From a bacterium (GTDB lineage Bacteria; Patescibacteriota; Microgenomatia; UBA10105; UBA927), in assembly GCA_021817785.1 (NCBI GenBank), contig JAKAFY010000004.1, positions 6,826 through 70,825 of the forward strand: a stretch of 64,000 nt of DNA, given 5' to 3'. Shown one piece after another: positions 57,192 to 64,000 of the stretch (positions within the stretch are counted from its first letter, which is position 1; the number at the start of each line of letters is the position of its first letter). Below the pieces are notes generated by a model, which was not told where the DNA came from, did not search any database, and saw only the letters and a list, made by a program, of their open reading frames with translations. Position numbers and translations under genes: made by a program.

Positions 57192-59372
57192 CTATGTTTC
57201 TTGCGAAGCTTGTTGCTGTGCCAAAAATTCGTTGGGGTCTTTGATCAACACATCCCGCGGCTTGCTTCCTTCGCCGGCGCCGATTACTCCCGCCATTTCC
57301 AATTGATCCAATATACGCGCCGCCCGTGCGTATCCCACCGACAATCTGCGCTGGAGTAGTGATGCAGACGCTTTGTCATACTGGCAAACCAGGCGCAGCG
57401 CATCTTCAAACAGCTGGTCATGCCCGTCTCCGCCGCTGCCTCCCGCACTTCCTTTCTTCATTGCGGATGCCGGCTGGTTTAACACTTCATCCCGGTATTC
57501 CACCTGTACGGGATTATTTTTGAAAAACTCGACGATTTTGTTTACTTCTTTCTCGGACACGAACGTTCCCTGTATGCGCATCGGTTTTGCCTGATCCGGC
57601 GGGACATAGAGCATGTCTCCGCGTCCGAGCAGGCGCTCGGCCCCCGGCAGATCGATGATGACACGGGAATCCATCATGGATGACACGTTGAATGCGATGC
57701 GCGCCGGAATATTGGCTTTAATCAGTCCGGTGATGACGTCCACGCTCGGCCGCTGGGTAGCGACAACCAAGTGGATGCCCGTGGCACGCGCCATTTGCGC
57801 GATCCGGCAGATCGTGTCTTCTACTTCTACCGGCGCATAACTCATAAGGTCCGCAAGCTCATCGATAAAGATAACGATATACGGCAGCGCCTGGAATCCG
57901 GACAACTCGTTAAAGCTGTCGATATTCCGTACCCCCACTTCGGCAAATTGTTTATACCGGCGTTCCATTTCGGCAGTTGCCCACCGCAGCGCGGACAATA
58001 TTTTATCCGACTCGACAATCACCGGAGTCAGCAGATGGGGGATGCCGTTATACCCCACGAGTTCTACCCGTTTGGGGTCGACGAGAATAAGCTTTACTTC
58101 CGCAGGGGTTGTCCGGTACAGGATGCTGCATATCCAGGAATTTAAAAGGACCGATTTTCCGGAACCCGTGGTGCCGGCCACCAGTACGTGCGGCATTTTG
58201 CCGATATCGGCTATCAATGGGTTACCGGATACATCCAATCCCAATGCTACCGCAAGTTTGCTTTTGGCTTTCCGCATGACATCCGAGGTAATCATTTTTT
58301 TAAGCGTCACAAATTCAAGTCCGCGGTTGGGGATTTCTATACTCACCAAATCCCGCCCGGGAATAGGCGCTTCGAGCCGCACCTGGCCGGTTGGCGCGGC
58401 TAGTGCCAGCGCCAAATCGCTTGCCAGCGACGTAATCTTGGATACTTTGGTGCCCAGCGCTATCTTCATGGCATATTGGGTGACGGCAGGCCCGGGATTT
58501 ACTTCCACAACCTGCGCCTGTATACCGAAGCTATCCAGCGTTTTTTCTATCGTATCCGCGTTTTTCCGCACGTCGCCCCGGTCCGCCTTGTCTCCCGGCC
58601 CGTCGGACAACAGACTCACATCCGGATATTCCCATAATTTCATGTCCTGTGGCTGTGCAAGCGGTGTGTTTATTTTCAGTTCCCGCTGTTCACCTGGCTT
58701 TTCTTTGACGACGGGCGCTGCCGATTTTGCCGGTACCGGCGGGGGAGTCATGGGAGATTTGATCAGCGGTTCGCGGTCTTCTGTCGTCCGGATTTTTAAC
58801 ACGTCTTTCCGCGGGAACAGCCCGTTGGATTTTCCCGCCGCCGACCGGTTCCCAAGGGACGCCACCCAGTCAAAAATTGTTTGCAGTCCGCTCAACAGGA
58901 AATTCATAAACGTATCAAGCGACGTGTTAAACAGGATGATCAGGCCGATAAGCAGTACTCCCAAAAACAACAGCGTCGCCCCTTCGGGTGCGATCGCGTT
59001 TGAAACAATCATCCATAACGAGTTCCCTATGTCTCCCGCCTGGGTAAGGCCCATCAGGCCAAACAACATGATCCCGATGCCCAGCGGGACATTCTGGTTT
59101 CCCAAATCGGACTTCACTTTAAAAAACAGCGTGCTTGCGGAAATCAGAAATATCGGAAGCAGAAACATGATCCAGCCGAAATGGTTGGTGAGTGCGGAGC
59201 GCAGTGACGACAGCATCTGGCCTTCCCCGAAAAACGAAAGGCATATGGCTGCGGCAAACAGCCAGAACCATATCGCGGCTACGGTATAAATGGTTTGTTT
59301 CTTGAGCTTCAGCCCCAGGCCTCGCCGTTTATGGTATTTCCGTTTAGACTTTGATTTAAATTTAAAGGCCAT
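57192..59372 (-). CDS. ftsK: DNA translocase FtsK
   Basis: Four TM segments; PHVLVAGTTGSGKS, IDELADL, ATQRPS and LLGRGDML motifs; gamma domain SASLLQRRLSVGYARAAR. Confidence 0.97.
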   Translation of the reverse strand: MAFKFKSKSKRKYHKRRGLGLKLKKQTIYTVAAIWFWLFAAAICLSFFGEGQMLSSLRSALTNHFGWIMFLLPIFLISASTLFFKVKSDLGNQNVPLGIGIMLFGLMGLTQAGDIGNSLWMIVSNAIAPEGATLLFLGVLLIGLIILFNTSLDTFMNFLLSGLQTIFDWVASLGNRSAAGKSNGLFPRKDVLKIRTTEDREPLIKSPMTPPPVPAKSAAPVVKEKPGEQRELKINTPLAQPQDMKLWEYPDVSLLSDGPGDKADRGDVRKNADTIEKTLDSFGIQAQVVEVNPGPAVTQYAMKIALGTKVSKITSLASDLALALAAPTGQVRLEAPIPGRDLVSIEIPNRGLEFVTLKKMITSDVMRKAKSKLAVALGLDVSGNPLIADIGKMPHVLVAGTTGSGKSVLLNSWICSILYRTTPAEVKLILVDPKRVELVGYNGIPHLLTPVIVESDKILSALRWATAEMERRYKQFAEVGVRNIDSFNELSGFQALPYIVIFIDELADLMSYAPVEVEDTICRIAQMARATGIHLVVATQRPSVDVITGLIKANIPARIAFNVSSMMDSRVIIDLPGAERLLGRGDMLYVPPDQAKPMRIQGTFVSEKEVNKIVEFFKNNPVQVEYRDEVLNQPASAMKKGSAGGSGGDGHDQLFEDALRLVCQYDKASASLLQRRLSVGYARAARILDQLEMAGVIGAGEGSKPRDVLIKDPNEFLAQQQASQET

Positions 59373-59670
59373 ATCCGATTGTATATGTACACGATATCGT
59401 TTGTATCATGCGACCGTGCGTTTCTGTATGCCACGCATCACATATCTATTGTAGATATGTATCCGTCCCGTCGCCTCACTGGTCCGCGGCGCATCTGTTA
59501 CCCGGTTGTGGCGATATAAGTATACGGAACGTCGGCATGCTATTTCAATGAACGGCATTCCCCGCTCCCCTAACTATCCTATAGTAATATAGGTATATTT
59601 GTCAAGTGTGCCGGCCCATGTGTCAAATCCGCCACGACAGCCCGGCGCTCCTTAGCATGCTCGATACACG

Positions 59671-61476
59671 CTACGCTTCCAGAATCACGGGAACGATAAG
59701 CGGACTTCTCCCCGTCTCCTTGAGGAGAAACGCACCGAGGGATTCTTCGATCCGTGTACGCATGACCTGCCAGTCCCGTATTCTCCCCTGCTTTACCCGA
59801 AGCACGTGGGAAATAACCTCTCCTGCGTGTGTCAACAGTCTTCCGGACTCTTTGACGTATACAAATCCTCGGGTAATGATTTCCGGAGCACGTACCAATT
59901 GTCCGGTCCGCTTGGATACCGGAACGACGACCACAACGATCCCCTCGCGCGCGATCGTCTGGCGGTCTTTCAAAACGGCATCTCCCACATCCCCGACGCC
60001 CAGCCCGTCTATCATGATGTCATCCAACACGAGCCGGTCTGCGACCCGCGGCGCCACTCCTTTTTGGAATTCCAGCACCTCCCCGTCATCCGGGATAAGT
60101 ACCGCCCGTTTATCGTACCCCAGCTCCATGGCCAGCCGGCGGTACTGCATAAGGTGCTTGAACGTCCCTCCGATCGGCATCACATATTTGGGTCCGACGG
60201 CGGACAACAGTAGCATCATGTCCCCGCTGCTTCCGTGCCCGGAAACATGGAGATCCGCCATGATGTCGCTATACGACACGCGCGCCCCGTGGCGGTAGAT
60301 GCTGTCGATGAGGTTATCGACATCATGTTCCCGTCCCGGGATAGGATCGGCGGATATGATCACCGTATCGCTGTCCGTAAGCTTTACGAACTGGTGATTA
60401 TCGTTTGCGATCCGATAAAGGTTCGACGTCGTCTGCCCCTGGGCGCCTGCCACTACAAGAAACTGTTTGCTCGGCGGCATGCGCTTTAAGTCCCGGTCCC
60501 GTATGATGACGTCGCGCGGAAATTTCATGTACCCCAGCTTTACCGACTCCTCGACGTTTTTGTCGATGCTTCGCCCCAAAAATGCTATTTTCCGCCCGTG
60601 TTTCATGGCCAGCTCTATGGCAAGCTGTATGCGCGAGATATTGCTCGACTGGGTGGTAAACAACACTTTGCCGGAGCACAGTTTCAGCTCTTTTTCGATC
60701 GTCTCGCCGATGATCTGCTCGGACGGCGTAAATCCCTGCCGTTCGCTCCCCAGACTGTCGGAAAGCATGCACAGCACGCCCTTTTTTCCGATGGCGTTTA
60801 TTTTATGGATCTCTGACGGCTTGTTATCGAGCGGCGTCGGATCAAATTTAAAGTCACTCCCGTGATAAAAAATGCCGACCGGCGTTTCGATTACGATATG
60901 CGACGTATCCGGTACCGAATGGGTGAGCCGTATAAACGACAGATGAAACGGCCCCAGATCCAGATGGTCATGGAAATCCAACGGCGTTACCCGTTCACGG
61001 ATCGCCGTTTCCTTAAGTTTTAAATTCGCAAAACTTGCGGCGAGTTTCGGCGCCCACATGGGGATAGAAATAGGATGCCCCTGTTTGCCGCCATTTCGGT
61101 CCGATCCCGGCGGACGGGTGAGTTTGGGATAGATATACGGCAAACCGCCGATATGATCATCGTGTCCGTGGGTAAACACCATACCCCGGATTTTGTCCCG
61201 TTTGTCCATAAGGTACCGCACGTCCGGTATCACCAGATCTATGCCGAACATTTCGTCATCGGGAAACCCGATGCCGCAGTCGATGATGAGGATATCCGAT
61301 AATTTCCCGTCATACCGGTACTCATACAGGTACATGTTTTTCGTGACGTTGCCGGCTCCTCCCAGGGGGACGATGCGGATGGAATCTTTGCCCGAATGAT
61401 GTTGTGTGCTACTGCCGTAAGTCACATGTGCTCGGGTGGGCAATGTGGCTGGCTTTGATATAAAAAATCGTTTCAT
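59671..61476 (-). CDS. rnj: Ribonuclease J
   Basis: PLGG...KNM, THGHDDHIG, HSVPD, DFKFD and HVSGH motifs. Confidence 0.95.
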   Translation of the reverse strand: MKRFFISKPATLPTRAHVTYGSSTQHHSGKDSIRIVPLGGAGNVTKNMYLYEYRYDGKLSDILIIDCGIGFPDDEMFGIDLVIPDVRYLMDKRDKIRGMVFTHGHDDHIGGLPYIYPKLTRPPGSDRNGGKQGHPISIPMWAPKLAASFANLKLKETAIRERVTPLDFHDHLDLGPFHLSFIRLTHSVPDTSHIVIETPVGIFYHGSDFKFDPTPLDNKPSEIHKINAIGKKGVLCMLSDSLGSERQGFTPSEQIIGETIEKELKLCSGKVLFTTQSSNISRIQLAIELAMKHGRKIAFLGRSIDKNVEESVKLGYMKFPRDVIIRDRDLKRMPPSKQFLVVAGAQGQTTSNLYRIANDNHQFVKLTDSDTVIISADPIPGREHDVDNLIDSIYRHGARVSYSDIMADLHVSGHGSSGDMMLLLSAVGPKYVMPIGGTFKHLMQYRRLAMELGYDKRAVLIPDDGEVLEFQKGVAPRVADRLVLDDIMIDGLGVGDVGDAVLKDRQTIAREGIVVVVVPVSKRTGQLVRAPEIITRGFVYVKESGRLLTHAGEVISHVLRVKQGRIRDWQVMRTRIEESLGAFLLKETGRSPLIVPVILEA

Positions 61477-61481
61477 TTCTT

Positions 61482-62567
61482 CTAATACGCTTCGATGAAT
61501 TCCTTGATAGTGTTTTCATCTATGCGAAATGTATTTCCTTTCCCTTCGATAATACGAAGTGCTACTTTTCTACAAACACTATTGAGCGTTCGCTCAATGC
61601 TCCGTATGCCGCCGTCGTATCCCAATGGGCGTACCAGTTTGGGCCATATGGCGTCATCGACGGTCAGATTTGCTTCCGTCAGGCCGGATTCGTGTAATAA
61701 TTCCGGCAATACATACTCCTTTGCTATTTTTATTTTCTCCTCGTCGGTATAGGAGGGCATTTGGATGGGCTCCAACCGGTCCAATACAGCGGTTGCTATA
61801 TTGGTCGTGTTGTTGCTCGTCGCAATAAACAATACGTCCGACAGATCAAACGGATAGTCGAGGTAATGATCGACAAATGCCGAATTTTGCTCGGGATCCA
61901 GAAGTTCGACCAATACTCCCATGATGTCTCCCCGTGCGTGTTCCGATACGCGGTCGATTTCATCAAGCAATACGACGGGATTTTTCGTTCCGGCATACCG
62001 CAAGCCTTTTAAAATCAGTCCGATTTCCGCATCCGGCCGCACCCGGGATTGACCTCTGAGTTCCAACGCATCGGACATCCCTCCGAACGCGATACGGACA
62101 AACCGCCTGCCCATGACTTCGGCAATAGATTTAGCCAGTGTCGTTTTTCCGGTACCCACCAGGCCTACCAGACACAGGATCGGCGCCCGCCGGGCGAGGA
62201 TAGCGTGGGTTAGCGTCGCCTCGGTAGTCTTTGCCTCTTTTTCCCACCGGTCCTGATTTAATTTCAACACCGCCAGATATTCGAGTATTCGTTCCTTCAC
62301 GGGTTGCAGGCCGTAATGATGTTCTTCAAATATTTTCCGGGCGTTGGTAAGATCCAGATGGTCGCTGCTCCGCTCATTCCAGGGGAGATTGATCACCCAG
62401 TCGATATAGCGCATCATCTGCTCTATGTGCACGCGTGCGGCGATATCCATCTCCAACCGTTCGATTTCTTCCAGGTTTGCCATGACTCTGGTTTCCAGAT
62501 CAGGAGGCACATGGACTTCAGTCAATTTTTTCCGGAGAATACCTACCTCATCCAATAACTTTGACAT
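61482..62567 (-). CDS. Lon-type AAA+ ATPase lacking the protease domain
   Basis: LPW, HYGL..VKERILEYLAV, GLVGTGKT, LLDEIDR and LLDPEQNSAFVDHY motifs; stops before the Ser-Lys domain. Confidence 0.85.
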   Translation of the reverse strand: MSKLLDEVGILRKKLTEVHVPPDLETRVMANLEEIERLEMDIAARVHIEQMMRYIDWVINLPWNERSSDHLDLTNARKIFEEHHYGLQPVKERILEYLAVLKLNQDRWEKEAKTTEATLTHAILARRAPILCLVGLVGTGKTTLAKSIAEVMGRRFVRIAFGGMSDALELRGQSRVRPDAEIGLILKGLRYAGTKNPVVLLDEIDRVSEHARGDIMGVLVELLDPEQNSAFVDHYLDYPFDLSDVLFIATSNNTTNIATAVLDRLEPIQMPSYTDEEKIKIAKEYVLPELLHESGLTEANLTVDDAIWPKLVRPLGYDGGIRSIERTLNSVCRKVALRIIEGKGNTFRIDENTIKEFIEAY

Positions 62568-62751
62568 ACTATCATCATAACAAATTCTACCGTGCAATAC
62601 TTAAAAAGAAAGCTGTGCGACGAAGCAAACGATATTTCTGAGTCTCCCGATTCCAACTCAATACATTCTACGCAAAAAAGGTAGCCATCATTTCACGAGG
62701 AAATCACGAGAGCTTTCCAATGGTTCGACTCCGTGCACGACTCTGTGCGGT

Positions 62752-64000
62752 TTAAAACCGTCGGCGTCCTCCGCCGAAGCCGCCACGACCTCCGCCATGA
62801 CCGCCACGGTCTCCGCCGCGGGATCGGGATTCGGCCGGCTTGGCCTTGGCATCTTCCCCAAATAACATGGAGAGGTTTATGCGGTGCATATCGTCTATTT
62901 CCATCACGCGGACTTTCACTTTCTGCCCGAGCGTGACGATCTTGTTCGGATCATCGACAAATCCGGTCGACATCTGTGACACGTGCACCATGCCTTCTTT
63001 GCCCGGCAGGATTTCGACGAATGCGCCAAACGGCAATATGCGTTTGACTTCGCCTTCAAATTCTTCTCCCGGTTCGACGTCGTGGGTCAGTCCTTCTACC
63101 CATTCGATCGCTTTTTGCACGCCTTCCGCATCCGTGCCGGATATAAATACCGATCCGTCATCGTTGACGTCCACTGTCGCCCCCGTGGTGGCGATGATGT
63201 TGCGGATGATCTTTCCTCCCGGACCGATCACTTCGCCTATGCGTTCCGTCGGGATCTTGATGACTTTCACCTTCGGTGCATACTGGGACACGGTCGTTCG
63301 GGGCGCCGCGATGACTTTCGACATTTTGTCCAAAATCATCATGCGTGCCACTCTCGCCCGCTCCAGCGTTTCCTCACAGATCGCATCACTCAGCCCGCTG
63401 ATTTTTATATCCAGCTGGATGGCGGTAATGCCGTTTTTGGTTCCTGCGACTTTAAAGTCCATGTCACCGGAGAAATCTTCGATGCCCATGATATCGGTAA
63501 GCAACACATATTTGTCGCTCTTGTGATAGATATCGGTCATAAGCCCCACCGAGATACCGGCTACCGGCTCTTTGATCGGGACTCCGGCATCCATAAGCGC
63601 CAGCGTACTGCCGCAGGTCGATGCCATGGAGGTCGAACCGTTACTGGACATGATTTCGGATACCAGTCGGATGGTGTACGGAAATACGTCTTCCGCAGGA
63701 ATTACGGCAAGCAGTGCCCGTTCGGCCAGTGCTCCGTGACCGATTTCCCGTCGGCTTGGTGTTCCCACACGGCCGGTTTCCCCTACGGAATACGGCGGCA
63801 TACTGTAGTGGTGGATATACCGCTTGGATTCTTCTCCTGTCGGGCTTTCGATGAGCTGTTCCAGACTGGGTGTTCCGAGTGTTGCCACGGTGAGCGCCTG
63901 TGTCTGTCCGCGCTTGAACATCGCGCTTCCATGGGTTCTCGAAAGTATGCCGACTTCGATGTCTATCGGGCGTACTTCATCGATTTTTCGTCCGTCAAAA
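62752..64000 (-). CDS. pnp: Polyribonucleotide nucleotidyltransferase (3' part)
   Basis: FKRGQTQAL, RREIGHGALAE, SNGSTSMAS and DMDFKVAG motifs; KH (IGPGGK) and S1 domains. Confidence 0.97.
   Translation of the reverse strand, partial: FDGRKIDEVRPIDIEVGILSRTHGSAMFKRGQTQALTVATLGTPSLEQLIESPTGEESKRYIHHYSMPPYSVGETGRVGTPSRREIGHGALAERALLAVIPAEDVFPYTIRLVSEIMSSNGSTSMASTCGSTLALMDAGVPIKEPVAGISVGLMTDIYHKSDKYVLLTDIMGIEDFSGDMDFKVAGTKNGITAIQLDIKISGLSDAICEETLERARVARMMILDKMSKVIAAPRTTVSQYAPKVKVIKIPTERIGEVIGPGGKIIRNIIATTGATVDVNDDGSVFISGTDAEGVQKAIEWVEGLTHDVEPGEEFEGEVKRILPFGAFVEILPGKEGMVHVSQMSTGFVDDPNKIVTLGQKVKVRVMEIDDMHRINLSMLFGEDAKAKPAESRSRGGDRGGHGGGRGGFGGGRRRF

Noticed and set aside
62690-62750. GGTTCGACTCC resembling a tRNA T-arm
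   Set aside because: No matching acceptor stem, D-arm or anticodon arm could be built around it.

Overview
A 64-kb chromosomal segment from a small-genome bacterium. A Patescibacteria/CPR origin (Microgenomates-like) is inferred from gene content: DUF2130, DUF2207, a BaseplateJ-like protein in housekeeping context, an AAA-only Lon, an AMP-phosphorylase-type DeoA, many Pro/Thr-linker surface proteins and a sortase. The genetic code is standard: TGA, TAG and TAA all act as stops. Core genes on the minus strand are rpoB (5' part, left edge), mltG, alaS, rodZ, ftsK, rnj, a lon-like gene and pnp (3' part, right edge); hflX is on the plus strand. There are two accessory tracts. The first, ~15.3-24.9 kb, is nuclease/toxin rich: HNH-like, RhuM-Fic, thermonuclease, NYN, DUF2075 helicase + MazG-like, RadC and a REP-flanked Y1 transposase. 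The second, ~43.6-55.7 kb, holds four EamA transporters, an MFS transporter, an NNMT-type methyltransferase, TrmB and TrpR-like regulators, a kinase-like protein and an aminotransferase. No rRNA, tRNA or CRISPR array was recognised. The most notable non-coding signals are: a near-consensus sigma70 promoter driving an ORF-less ~55-nt hairpin RNA antisense to an amber-interrupted NYN gene; a 350-bp phase-locked array of ~44 degenerate octamers next to a TrpR-like gene bracketed by twin 26-bp palindromes; a nested RNA structure in the alaS leader; and an in-frame palindromic insertion in RNase J. All product calls come from motif recognition by eye, not database searches.
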